From: Tolypothrix carrinoi HA7290-LM1 | GTDB lineage: Bacteria > Cyanobacteriota > Cyanobacteriia > Cyanobacteriales > Nostocaceae | Length of the DNA: 64,000 nucleotides | Direction: 5' to 3' | NCBI GenBank assembly: GCA_019358935.1 | Contig: JAHHIK010000001.1 | Location: 96,001-160,000 of the forward strand | Program-made: the position numbers and the translations under genes | The notes under the pieces: generated by a model | The model's input: the letters and a program-made list of their open reading frames with translations, nothing else | Databases searched by the model: none | What the model was told of the DNA's origin: nothing | Part shown: positions 53,177 to 62,952 of the stretch, piece after piece | Numbering within the stretch: the first letter of the stretch is position 1 | Layout: the number at the start of each line of letters is the position of its first letter

Positions 53177-53444
53177 AGCTTATCTGCACAGGATAAATTT
53201 TGATACTACTGCACAAAAATGTGCGTACTTGGCAAGTTTTAGGATAATTCACATAATCAAAGTATAGTTCTCCAACACTGCTTTGTTTGTAGCAATAGAA
53301 AGCGGCAGAGCTAGTTCAGCTTTCAGTAAGGAATTTGCAAGTCCCTCTGTTTTTAGTTTTGGATCGTATCGATCCGTTATTTTGTGCTGTCGATACAGCA
53401 CATATTAAAGCAACGTTGTATACATCAATAAATTAGGAGGGAAC

Positions 53445-54467
53445 GTGAAAGCGATCGCTGTTTATCAGTCTAAAAAAACCACCGATTCTAACTGCTTTGC
53501 TGAGGTTGATATTGACCAGCCTAAACCTAGTGCCAAAGATTTACTCGTCAAAGTCAAGGCAATATCGGTTAACCCAGTAGATTATAAAGTTAGAGCATCC
53601 CTCTTAGAGCGGCAAAGCACACCTCGAATTCTCGGCTGGGATGCAGCTGGCATTGTGCAAGAAGTTGGAAGTGAGGTATCTTTGTTCAAACCTGGAGATG
53701 AAGTTTATTATGCTGGTAGTATTACTCGTCCCGGATGTAACAGTGAATTTCACTTGGTGGATGAGCGAATTGTCAGTCAAAAGCCAGCTAATTTGTCATT
53801 TGAGTCAGCAGCAGCACTTCCCCTGACGGCAATTACTGCTTGGGAAGCATTGTTTGAAAGATTGGGTATCGAGCCTCGAAAAACTTCAAGCAATCAAGCT
53901 AGTAAAATTTTAGTTATTGGTGGAGCTGGGGGAGTTGGCTCAATTGCGATTCAATTGGCAAAACAAGTGGCTGGATTGCAGGTTATTGCAACTGCATCTA
54001 GGCAAGAATCAATTGATTGGTGCATGAAGATGAAAGCAGATTACTGTATCAATCACCATAATAAATTCACAACGGAACTGGAAAAAATTGGTATTTCGCA
54101 AGTCGATTATATCCTTTGCTTAAATAACACAGATGGTCACTGGCAAAACATGGCAGATGCGATCAAACCACAAGGGAAAATCTGCTCGATTGTAGAGACG
54201 GATCATCCTCTAGACATGAACTTAATCAAAAATAAGAGTGTAACTTTTGTTTGGGAATTAATGTTCACTAAATCAATATATGAGACAAAGGATATGCAAT
54301 CTCAGCATGAATTATTGAACAACGTTGCACAACTCATTGAGCAGGGAGTTTTACAAAGCACGATGACGGAAAATTTTGGTTCACTGAATATTACCAATCT
54401 AGCGAAAGCTCATGCTCGACTCGAATCTGGAGAAATGATTGGTAAGTTAATTCTCTGGTGGAATTAA
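53445..54467 (+). CDS. Zinc-type alcohol dehydrogenase-like / quinone oxidoreductase (MDR)
   Basis: SVNPVD.K, LGWDAAG, AAALPLTAITAWE, GGAGGVGS, WELMFT. Confidence 0.93.
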   Translation: MKAIAVYQSKKTTDSNCFAEVDIDQPKPSAKDLLVKVKAISVNPVDYKVRASLLERQSTPRILGWDAAGIVQEVGSEVSLFKPGDEVYYAGSITRPGCNSEFHLVDERIVSQKPANLSFESAAALPLTAITAWEALFERLGIEPRKTSSNQASKILVIGGAGGVGSIAIQLAKQVAGLQVIATASRQESIDWCMKMKADYCINHHNKFTTELEKIGISQVDYILCLNNTDGHWQNMADAIKPQGKICSIVETDHPLDMNLIKNKSVTFVWELMFTKSIYETKDMQSQHELLNNVAQLIEQGVLQSTMTENFGSLNITNLAKAHARLESGEMIGKLILWWN

Positions 54468-54640
54468 CAGTTAGGCAAACTCTTGAGAGCGATCGCCTCT
54501 TGATGAACTTTTGCTGTGCCAGTGATGGGATTTTGTCAGAAACTAGCTTTCAAACTGGCGCAACCATAAAATAGGCATGTATTTTACATTGGTTTACTGC
54601 CTTTTTCTGCCAGAAAGCGTCAAAATCCCATTTCCTCTGC

Positions 54641-56017
54641 TTACGTTAATCCCAACCAAGAGAAGAGATTTTGCCACCAAGAACTACTCACCTGACCAAC
54701 AAGTTTCATTTTTTTGCGAATGTCTTGAATATTCCAATTAGTTAATTTAGCAAGAGTTTGCGCTTCTTTTTCAAAACGCTTGCCCAAAGACCGTTTGTAT
54801 TCTCTTCCCGCTTGACATGTAACTTCACCTGTAAACGGGTGTTGCAAAACGTAACGTCCTTGAAAAGATTCGCGGTTAGAGGTTTGCTGAAACATCAAGT
54901 CTTCCGGGAATTTGTCGCGGGTGTAGCGGACATGCAAGCGAGAAATGAAAACGCTACTAGAAGGGCTTGGTGGACGAAAGCGACGGGGTGCGGGTGCGTT
55001 TACCCCAAAATCATTATCTAGCCAAAATACGCCCGCTTGCTTGAGTTCCTGCTGGCTGAGAGGTTCGGCAGAACAAGGATCGCAATTACTCATATCCCAA
55101 GCATATTCTAAAAATGCCACTTTTCTATCTTCTTTGATGTAAGAAGTTTGAAACATGGATTTATAAAAGTCGCTAAATTCATCTTTGACAAATAAAGGAA
55201 TATTGTCACCTGAAGGAACTTTCACTGTCCGGTAATTCGTAATTTCTGCCTGTCCTTTGGGCGATAAAATGTAGACAATCAAATCTTGTTCGGTTGTGGC
55301 GTTAATCATGCCCAAACGAATTGGCAGCATGAATTTAGGTGAAGAGTAAGAAATTTGCAAAGGACGCAGAAACTGATAGCCAGATTCCTCAAATTTATCT
55401 AAGTTGACTTTAGCAACAAAGAATTTCATTGAGGAACGAATGTAAGGCTGAAGTAGCTGTTTTGCCCCTCTAGGAATTTTATAACCGTTGCGGTTCAACC
55501 AAGTTTCCAGTCCGCCAGATTCTTTAGCGCTAAGAATTACAATATCGTATTCGCCAACGTTGAAACGCGCTTCGACAGTCACACCTAAATTGTCAGTACT
55601 CCTGGCATTTCCTACCCGATTTCTTGGTGCTGCCATTGGTGCAGGTAAAACCCCTCCTCTTTCTTCGTAAACTGGCGCACAGGGGTCAGAGTCAAAATAT
55701 TCTACCAATCGTGGAGCGCTAAAAGCATCTAGGCGCTCAATAATTTTCGCTTGGGCAACGCGCACTTGCTCTTTTTGTAATACTGTCGGTACAGGCACGA
55801 CAATTGCAAAATCTTTTACTTCGCCCTGAAAGTCATTTGCCATCGTCAAGACAGTGCGATCGCCTTCTCGCGCAATTACCACCTGAGAAGCTTTGTTATA
55901 CAGTTTTGCATCAGCTTTAGCAACATAAAATCCACAAAATGCCCAAGCCGCCGGCGTAAAACAAAATACAGCAACAAATGTTAGTACTAAAGAAATTAAC
56001 AATCGAAAAGGTTTCAT
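54641..56017 (-). CDS. DUF2330 domain secreted protein
   Basis: Signal peptide then AFCGFYV, FA.VVPVP, L..WL..NGY, P.RLG. Confidence 0.85.
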   Translation of the reverse strand: MKPFRLLISLVLTFVAVFCFTPAAWAFCGFYVAKADAKLYNKASQVVIAREGDRTVLTMANDFQGEVKDFAIVVPVPTVLQKEQVRVAQAKIIERLDAFSAPRLVEYFDSDPCAPVYEERGGVLPAPMAAPRNRVGNARSTDNLGVTVEARFNVGEYDIVILSAKESGGLETWLNRNGYKIPRGAKQLLQPYIRSSMKFFVAKVNLDKFEESGYQFLRPLQISYSSPKFMLPIRLGMINATTEQDLIVYILSPKGQAEITNYRTVKVPSGDNIPLFVKDEFSDFYKSMFQTSYIKEDRKVAFLEYAWDMSNCDPCSAEPLSQQELKQAGVFWLDNDFGVNAPAPRRFRPPSPSSSVFISRLHVRYTRDKFPEDLMFQQTSNRESFQGRYVLQHPFTGEVTCQAGREYKRSLGKRFEKEAQTLAKLTNWNIQDIRKKMKLVGQVSSSWWQNLFSWLGLT

Positions 56018-56345
56018 GTTTGTTAGTTGATAGTTGATAGTTGATAGTTGTTAGTTGATAGTTGATGGTTGTTAGTTGATGGTGAGTCAGTGCGTTGGGG
56101 AGGCAGTGCGTTGCGGAGGTCACGAGCGTTGAAGCACCTGCCGTCGGGTTTCCCGACAGTCACGCATCTGACGAACCCGAAGGGTTGATGGTTGATAGTT
56201 GATAGTTGATAGTTGATAGTTGATGGTTGATGGTTGGAAAATACTACTAACAACTAACCACTAACAACTAACCAATAACAACTAACCACTAACCACTAAC
56301 AACTAACCACTACCCATTCCCCATTCCCCATTCCCCATTCCCCAA
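56018..56345. repeat. STRR tracts with nested SDR-like units (56084-56184)
   Basis: (GTTGATA)n, (ACTAACC/ACTAACA)n, (CCCCATT)n. Confidence 0.88.
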
Positions 56346-57172
56346 GAAAATCGCGGTGCTTTCCACAAGGTATCTAGCAGGATAGTCAAAGGGGCAAGGG
56401 CAAACAGTGCCCAAAAAACTGCGGTGGAAACAAAAAAATAATTCCGCAGAATAAAAGTTAATATGGCGATGCACATTGCCCAAATCACACGCGCAATTCG
56501 AGCATTGGGAATTGACCGGGGGTCTGTTACCATAAACAGGGCAAATAGCAGCAACGATCCACTCATCAATCGATGCCAGTAAACATCCCAAGTCCAGCCC
56601 AACCAAAAATTGCGAATTGCTTCCATAAAAGCGTATGTAATTAAAAAAGCAGCTGTTGTATCCCAACGTCCGACTCGCTTGAGAATCATGCCACCTGTGC
56701 CGGCAAATAACAGCCCATACCACCAATCATCACCCCATTGTCCCGGTGAAACCCAGGCATCGGGGGTTAGTAATAAGGCACAAATGATACCAGCGTTGGC
56801 GGGATTAAAGAAATGTTTATCGCCGACTTTGAAGACAAATTTACTAGCGATCGCCACAAATCCAGCTAAAGCCATTGTCGTCCAATCATCAGCCCGTAAA
56901 AGTAAGCTAAGTCCCAACGCAGTAATTAGAGGACTCCGAAAGTTTGTTTTTTCTTCTTTGTCTGTTGCAAATGACTTTTGACTCGTACAGACGCGATATA
57001 TCGCGTCTCTACAACTCTTGACTAATGACAAAAGCCATTGCGTTGATACACAGGTTGCGATCGCCACTACAATCAACTCTGGTCGCAGCGTCCAGTCTCT
57101 TGTACCAATTCCCAAAACTAGGAATAAGGAAAGAAATAAAATTTGATAATCTCGTATATCTTTGAGCAACAT
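56303..57172 (-). CDS. RnfD/NqrB-like membrane protein
   Basis: D.R.YQI, SKF...KH.FNPA, LFA.FM.TDP; the C-terminus runs into STRR. Confidence 0.82.
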   Translation of the reverse strand: MLLKDIRDYQILFLSLFLVLGIGTRDWTLRPELIVVAIATCVSTQWLLSLVKSCRDAIYRVCTSQKSFATDKEEKTNFRSPLITALGLSLLLRADDWTTMALAGFVAIASKFVFKVGDKHFFNPANAGIICALLLTPDAWVSPGQWGDDWWYGLLFAGTGGMILKRVGRWDTTAAFLITYAFMEAIRNFWLGWTWDVYWHRLMSGSLLLFALFMVTDPRSIPNARIARVIWAMCIAILTFILRNYFFVSTAVFWALFALAPLTILLDTLWKAPRFSWGMGNGEWGMGSG

Positions 57173-57381
57173 TGCTCCTTAACTCAGGGATTTCCCCTAA
57201 ACTTAGGTGTGTCACCAATCTAAACGCGTAGATGCGAAAATCATGCTGCCGTTACAAATTTTGTTACAGTTAAGTTAGATATGGCTATTAATTAGATTAA
57301 TTAGTTATTTATTTTACATAATACAATACCGTAAATTTTCTTATAGTAAGCCTTACAAAATCTAAAATTGAAAGACTTAAG

Positions 57382-58059
57382 ATGCAATTCGCTTCTTTAT
57401 ATCCGCTTGTTTACCGAATTCTCAAACCAACGTTTCCTAAGTGTCTTTGGTGTGGCGATCCAAATTCTAAAGCGATCGCACTCACGTTTGATGATGGTCC
57501 CCATCCTCAATACACGCCGGAACTTTTAGCCGTTTTAGACCGCTATAATATTAAAGCTAGTTTTTTTTGGTTGGGTGTTTGCGTCAATCGAAATCCGGCG
57601 ATCGCTAAAACAATATGCGATCGCGGTCACTGGATCGGATTGCATAACTACGATCATCGCAATTTCCCGATGCTTTCCCCAACTGAACTTCAGCAAAGCT
57701 TAGAAAAAACCCAAGCTGCAATTTATAATGCTTGCAATTTACCACCCTCACAAGTACGTGATGTCCGACCCCCCAACGGCTTCTTTACACCGGAAACTTT
57801 AAAAATCTTACATCGGTGGAATTACCGAGCAGTTATGTGGAGCGTTGTACCAGAAGATTGGGTAAGACCAGGAGTCGCTACTGTAGTGCAGCGAGTTCTC
57901 CAGCAAGTAGAAAACGGCTCACTGATTGTTTTGCATGATGGCGCTTGCGGCGGACAAGATGTTGGCGCTACAGCAGAAAGCCTGATTCCCCAATTGCTAC
58001 AACAAGGCTATCAGTTTGTGACAGTTGATACTTTATGGCAGCAAGTCGCACTCAGGTAA
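57382..58059 (+). CDS. Polysaccharide deacetylase (NodB/CE4)
   Basis: LTFDDGP, H.IGLH.Y.H, RPP.G, DW, IVLHDG. Confidence 0.94.
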   Translation: MQFASLYPLVYRILKPTFPKCLWCGDPNSKAIALTFDDGPHPQYTPELLAVLDRYNIKASFFWLGVCVNRNPAIAKTICDRGHWIGLHNYDHRNFPMLSPTELQQSLEKTQAAIYNACNLPPSQVRDVRPPNGFFTPETLKILHRWNYRAVMWSVVPEDWVRPGVATVVQRVLQQVENGSLIVLHDGACGGQDVGATAESLIPQLLQQGYQFVTVDTLWQQVALR

Positions 58060-58319
58060 TAATCACCTATAAGATGAGTGGTAGCGCCAATAGTTAACGC
58101 TTAACATTCCCGCTTTTATTGCTATCTATGAACGCGCTGCCAAGTAATACCCTTTTAGAGTAGAATAATAATATGGCAACGGTGTCCCACATACATTTTA
58201 ATTTAGGTAGTATACGCACTTTGTCACTTGCACGAAAAGTGCCAATAGTCAAGCAATTAAGTACCAACAATAGTTGGCTGGTGCTTATGACCGAAGAAAT
58301 TAAGAATGAGTGAATTTAC

Positions 58320-58679
58320 TTAAGATACGTTGGAGTTGCTTCTAGCGACTTTGCGTTTGTGAGCTACTTCAGGTTGGGGTGTGCTAGCAAGCGTTGGCTC
58401 GTCAGTTCCCAATAGGTCATGTATCTGGTTTAAAGATGTTGGTGTTTTTGCCGAAATCTCTTCTGGTGATGCACTTACGTACTCAATCAGGTCTTCTACC
58501 TTGCAGTTCAGAGCTTGGCAAAATCTCACGATTCTTTCAATATGGTCTGTTCCAGTCCTGCCACTCTCCCAGTTTTGGATCGTGCTTTCAGTCACTCCGA
58601 CAAGACGTGATAGCTCAAGCTGGGTCAGCCCTGCTTTGTCACGCAGAAAGGCGATTCTTGGTTTTGCTTTCTGTTTCAC
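58320..58679 (-). CDS. XRE-family HTH transcriptional regulator, divergent from the tandem array
   Basis: LR.KAGLTQ.ELS.LVGV..STIQNWESG. Confidence 0.9.
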   Translation of the reverse strand: MKQKAKPRIAFLRDKAGLTQLELSRLVGVTESTIQNWESGRTGTDHIERIVRFCQALNCKVEDLIEYVSASPEEISAKTPTSLNQIHDLLGTDEPTLASTPQPEVAHKRKVARSNSNVS

Positions 58680-59060
58680 AGCTACAGCACTTTATATTTT
58701 AACTTATAGTCGTAGATCCTAGCACCAAAAAAAACCAGCGCCCAGGAATTTCCCAAAAAAAACTTTTGCCCAAACTCTTGACACCCCCAATAACTTTGGT
58801 TAAAACTATTGGGTATGAGATTAGCCTCTTTTAGAGTCCGATTATAAAGGACAGATAAAGCGCACGCATTCAACTTGAAAAAAACTTTCAGAAAAATCCG
58901 GAATGATGCGACTTTGATTTGAATCTCATAACATCAAACGACAGCGTAAAAACCCTGAGAACTCCTCAAATTTTAAGTATGTATACGCAAATTGAGTCAC
59001 AGGATTTATAAGTCAGTTTGAACCAACTACAACATACAAATAATCAGGTCTAGAAATATT

Positions 59061-59438
59061 ATGTTGAAGAATTTCGCTTTTGGTTTACTGGCTGCAACTT
59101 TGGCGATCGCTCCTGGTGCAGCAGCATTTGCAGGTCAAGGTCAAAGCAACGTGCAAGTTACCACACAAGACGGTGCAGCAATCGATGGTAGCACCAACGC
59201 TCAAAGCTCCACAAGCACCAACGTGCAACAACAAATTCAAAACGCACAGAAAAAAGCTGGTGCTTATCGTCCTGGCAGATACTACAACCCGGCTTGCAGA
59301 GGTGGATCAACTGCTCAATCTCAAGGTTCTGTACAACGTACAAGCCAAAGCGGTGCTGCAATTGGCGGTTCTGTGAATGCTCAAGATAGCGTTACAACCA
59401 GCAATCAGCGTCAAATTTTAGCTGCCGGCTGCCGCTAA
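59061..59438 (+). CDS. Secreted Q/N/S/T-rich two-repeat protein, copy 1
   Basis: Sec signal ending AFA, two 34-aa repeats, 2 Cys. Confidence 0.9.
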   Translation: MLKNFAFGLLAATLAIAPGAAAFAGQGQSNVQVTTQDGAAIDGSTNAQSSTSTNVQQQIQNAQKKAGAYRPGRYYNPACRGGSTAQSQGSVQRTSQSGAAIGGSVNAQDSVTTSNQRQILAAGCR

Positions 59439-59561
59439 TTACTGCATAAGTTCCGATGGCGTTACCTACTTAATAAAAGAATCACGCTAACGATTCCACA
59501 AGTCAAATAACGCCTTCTTTTTCATCAACAACACATACACAAATATTTAGGTATAAAAACA

Positions 59562-59936
59562 ATGTTGAAGAATCTCGCATTTGGTATCTTAGCCGCAGCA
59601 ATCGCGATCGCTCCTGGTGCAGCATTTGCCGGTCAAGGTCAAAGCAACGTGCAAGTTACCACACAAGACGGTGCAGCAATCGATGGTAGCACCAACGCTC
59701 AAAGCTCCACAAGCACCAACGTGCAACAACAAATTCAAAACGCACAGAAAAAAGCTGGTGCTTATCGTCCTGGCAGATACTACAACCCGGCTTGCAGAGG
59801 TGGATCAACTGCTCAATCTCAAGGTTCTGTACAACGTACAAGCCAAAGCGGTGCTGCAATTGGCGGTTCTGTGAATGCTCAAGATAGCGTTACAACCAGC
59901 AATCAGCGTCAAATTTTAGCTGCCGGCTGCCGCTAA
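59562..59936 (+). CDS. Secreted Q/N/S/T-rich two-repeat protein, copy 2
   Basis: Mature part identical to copy 1. Confidence 0.9.
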   Translation: MLKNLAFGILAAAIAIAPGAAFAGQGQSNVQVTTQDGAAIDGSTNAQSSTSTNVQQQIQNAQKKAGAYRPGRYYNPACRGGSTAQSQGSVQRTSQSGAAIGGSVNAQDSVTTSNQRQILAAGCR

Positions 59937-60059
59937 TTACTGCATAAGTTCCGATGGCGTTACCTACTTAATAAAAGAATCACGCTAACGATTCCACAAG
60001 TCAAATAACGCCTTCTTTTTCATCAACAACACATACACAAATATTTAGGTATAAAAACA

Positions 60060-60434
60060 ATGTTGAAGAATCTCGCATTTGGTATCTTAGCCGCAGCAAT
60101 CGCGATCGCTCCTGGTGCAGCATTTGCCGGTCAAGGTCAAAGCAACGTGCAAGTTACCACACAAGACGGTGCAGCAATCGATGGTAGCACCAACGCTCAA
60201 AGCTCCACCAGCACCAACGTGCAACAACAAATTCAAAACGCACAGAAAAAAGCTGGTCGTTATCACGGTGGCAGATACTACAACCCGGCTTGCAGAGGTG
60301 GATCAACTGCTCAATCTCAAGGTTCTGTCCAACGTACAAGCCAAAGCGGTGCTGCAATTGGCGGTTCTGTGAATGCTCAAGATAGCACCACAACCAGCAA
60401 TCAGCGTCAAATTTTAGCTGCCGGCTGCCGCTAA
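60060..60434 (+). CDS. Secreted Q/N/S/T-rich two-repeat protein, copy 3
   Basis: Linker RYHGGRYYNPAC, tail AAGCR. Confidence 0.9.
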   Translation: MLKNLAFGILAAAIAIAPGAAFAGQGQSNVQVTTQDGAAIDGSTNAQSSTSTNVQQQIQNAQKKAGRYHGGRYYNPACRGGSTAQSQGSVQRTSQSGAAIGGSVNAQDSTTTSNQRQILAAGCR

Positions 60435-60558
60435 TTACTGCATAAGTTCCGATGGCGTTACCTACTTAATAAAAGAATCACCACTAGATTCCACAAGTCA
60501 AATAACGCCTTCTTTTTCATCAACAACACTCACACACAAGTAAATTAGGTTTAAAACA

Positions 60559-60933
60559 ATGTTGAAGAATTTTGCTTTTGGTATCTTAGCTGCTGCGATC
60601 GCTATTGCTCCGGGTGCAGCATTTGCCGGTCAATCTCAAAGCAACGTGCAAATTACTGAGCAAAACGGTACAGCAATCAATGGTAGCACCAACGCTCAAA
60701 GCTCCACCAGCACCAACGTGCAACAACAAATTCAAAACGCACAGAAAAAAGCTGGTCGTTATCACGGTGGCAGATACTACAACCCGGCTTGCAGAGGTGG
60801 ATCAAGTGCTCAAGCTCAAGGTTCTACTCAAATTACACGCCAAAGCGGTGCTGCGATTGACGGTTCTGTGAATGCTCAAGATAGCGTTACAACTAGCAAT
60901 CAGCGTCAAGTTTTAGCTCGTCGCGGCTGCTAA
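60559..60933 (+). CDS. Secreted Q/N/S/T-rich two-repeat protein, copy 4
   Basis: Variant repeats, tail RRGC. Confidence 0.9.
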   Translation: MLKNFAFGILAAAIAIAPGAAFAGQSQSNVQITEQNGTAINGSTNAQSSTSTNVQQQIQNAQKKAGRYHGGRYYNPACRGGSSAQAQGSTQITRQSGAAIDGSVNAQDSVTTSNQRQVLARRGC

Positions 60934-61035
60934 TTATTCTATCAAGTTATCAGGCGTTGCTTACCATTATTTGATGAACATACAACGCCATTTCTCTCAT
61001 CAACCATACACACACAATTAATCAAGTCTAAAAAT

Positions 61036-61410
61036 ATGTTGAAGAATCTTGCATTTGGTATCTTAGCCGCAGCAATCGCGATCGCTCCTGGTGCAGCATT
61101 TGCCGGTCAAGGTCAAAGCAACGTGCAAGTTACCACACAAGACGGTGCAGCAATCGATGGTAGCACCAACGCTCAAAGCTCCACCAGCACCAACGTGCAA
61201 CAACAAATTCAAAACGCACAGAAAAAAGCTGGTCGTTATCACGGTGGCAGATACTACAACCCCGCTTGCAGAGGTGGATCAAGTGCTCAATCTCAAGGTT
61301 CTGTACAACGTACAAGCCAAAGCGGTGCTGCAATTGGCGGTTCTGTGAATGCTCAAGATAGCGTTACAACCAGCAATCAGCGTCAAATTTTAGCTCGTCG
61401 CGGCTGCTAA
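61036..61410 (+). CDS. Secreted Q/N/S/T-rich two-repeat protein, copy 5
   Basis: Linker RYHGGRYYNPAC, tail RRGC. Confidence 0.9.
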   Translation: MLKNLAFGILAAAIAIAPGAAFAGQGQSNVQVTTQDGAAIDGSTNAQSSTSTNVQQQIQNAQKKAGRYHGGRYYNPACRGGSSAQSQGSVQRTSQSGAAIGGSVNAQDSVTTSNQRQILARRGC

Positions 61411-61535
61411 TTACTGCATAAGTTCCGATGGCGTTACCTAATTAATAAAAGAATCACCACAAGATTCCACTGACTCAAATAACGCCTTCTTTTTCATCAA
61501 CAACACTCACACACAAGTAAATTAGGTTTAAAACA

Positions 61536-61901
61536 ATGTTGAAGAATTTTGCTTTTGGTATTTTGGCTGCTGCGATCGCGATCGCTCCTGGTGCAGCATT
61601 TGCAGGTCAAGGTCAAAGCAACGTCCAAGTTACCACACAAGACGGTGCTGCAATCAATGGTAGCACCAACGCTCAAAGCTCCGTCAGCACCAACCGCCAA
61701 CAACAAATTCAAAACGCACAGAAAAAAGCTGGTGGATACCGTGGCAGCTACTACAAGCCCCGCTACCCCAAAGCTAACACAAACCAATCTCAAGGCTCTG
61801 TCCAACGTACAAGCCAAAGTGGTGCTGCGATTGATGGTTCTGTGAATGCTCAAGATAGCGTAACCCGCAACAACCAAACCCAAAATGTTCGCGGTCGCTA
61901 A
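61536..61901 (+). CDS. Secreted Q/N/S/T-rich two-repeat protein, copy 6 (Cys-free)
   Basis: Linker GYRGSYYKPRYPK, tail VRGR. Confidence 0.9.
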   Translation: MLKNFAFGILAAAIAIAPGAAFAGQGQSNVQVTTQDGAAINGSTNAQSSVSTNRQQQIQNAQKKAGGYRGSYYKPRYPKANTNQSQGSVQRTSQSGAAIDGSVNAQDSVTRNNQTQNVRGR

Positions 61902-62003
61902 TTATTAATTAAGTTCAATGGCGTTGCATACATTACTTAACAACAGACAACGCCCGCATCGCTCATCAACAACACTCACACACAAATATTAAGGTTTAAA
62001 ACA

Positions 62004-62369
62004 ATGTTGAAGAATTTTGCTTTCGGTATTTTGGCTGCTGCTTTAGCTATTGCTCCTGGTGCAGCATTTGCAGGTCAAGGTCAAAGCAACGTGCAAGTTA
62101 CCACACAAGACGGTGCTGCAATCAATGGTAGCACCAACGCTCAAAGCTCCACAAGCTCCAACCGCCAACAACAAATTCAAAACGCACAGAAAAAAGCTGG
62201 TGGTTACCGTGGCAGCTACTACAAGCCCCGCTACCCCAAAGCTAACACAAACCAATCTCAAGGCTCTGTCCAACGTACAAGCCAAAGCGGTGCTGCGATT
62301 GACGGTTCTGTGAATGCTCAAGATAGCGTAACCCGCAACAACCAAACCCAAAATGTTCGCGGTCGCTAA
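62004..62369 (+). CDS. Secreted Q/N/S/T-rich two-repeat protein, copy 7 (Cys-free)
   Basis: Nearly identical to copy 6. Confidence 0.9.
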   Translation: MLKNFAFGILAAALAIAPGAAFAGQGQSNVQVTTQDGAAINGSTNAQSSTSSNRQQQIQNAQKKAGGYRGSYYKPRYPKANTNQSQGSVQRTSQSGAAIDGSVNAQDSVTRNNQTQNVRGR

Positions 62370-62472
62370 TTATTAATTAAGTTCAAAGGCGTTGCTAATT
62401 AAAGTTTAACTCAAACAACGCCCTTTCCAAACAAAAACAACACTCACACACAAGTAAATTAGGTTTAAAACA

Positions 62473-62838
62473 ATGTTGAAGAATTTTGCTTTCGGTATTT
62501 TGGCTGCTGCGATCGCGATCGCTCCTGGTGCTGCATTTGCAGGTCAATATCAAGGCAACGTGCAGTCTACCACACAAGACGGTGCTGCAATCAATGGTAG
62601 CACCAACGCTCAAAGCTCCGTCAGCACCAACCGCCAACAACAAATTCAAAACGCACAGAAAAAAGCTGGTGGTTACCGTGGCAGCTACTACAAGCCCCGC
62701 TACCCCAAAGCTAACACAAACCAATCTCAAAACTCTAGACAAGGTACACACCAAAGCGGTGCTGCGATTGACGGTTCTGTGAATGCTCAAGATAGCACAA
62801 CCCGCAACAACCAAAGCCAAAGTGTTCGCGGTCGCTAA
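62473..62838 (+). CDS. Secreted Q/N/S/T-rich two-repeat protein, copy 8 (Cys-free)
   Basis: Variant of copy 6. Confidence 0.9.
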   Translation: MLKNFAFGILAAAIAIAPGAAFAGQYQGNVQSTTQDGAAINGSTNAQSSVSTNRQQQIQNAQKKAGGYRGSYYKPRYPKANTNQSQNSRQGTHQSGAAIDGSVNAQDSTTRNNQSQSVRGR

Positions 62839-62952
62839 TTATTAATTGAGTTATTAGGCGTTGCATTCATTGAAGGAATCAGCCAAATTATTCTGCTTCT
62901 AGAGCAACGCCTGCTCGAAATCACTAAGAAATTTCAAATCGGATTCAAAAAT

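Noticed and set aside
57251..57270. GTTACA direct repeat as an RpaB/HLR1 site
   Set aside because: The repeat period is 12 bp, longer than the HLR1 spacing, and there is no other support.
58814..58930. TATGAGATT / AATCTCATA inverted pair as an XRE operator
   Set aside because: The 9-bp arms are ~100 bp apart in AT-rich DNA, too weak to call.
59080..62820. Alternative-frame and antisense ORFs repeated across the array (MQHLPVKVK.., MQHRFGL.., MGLVVAG..)
   Set aside because: Shadows of the repeated real genes; they lack RBS or signal features and their ends are inconsistent between copies.
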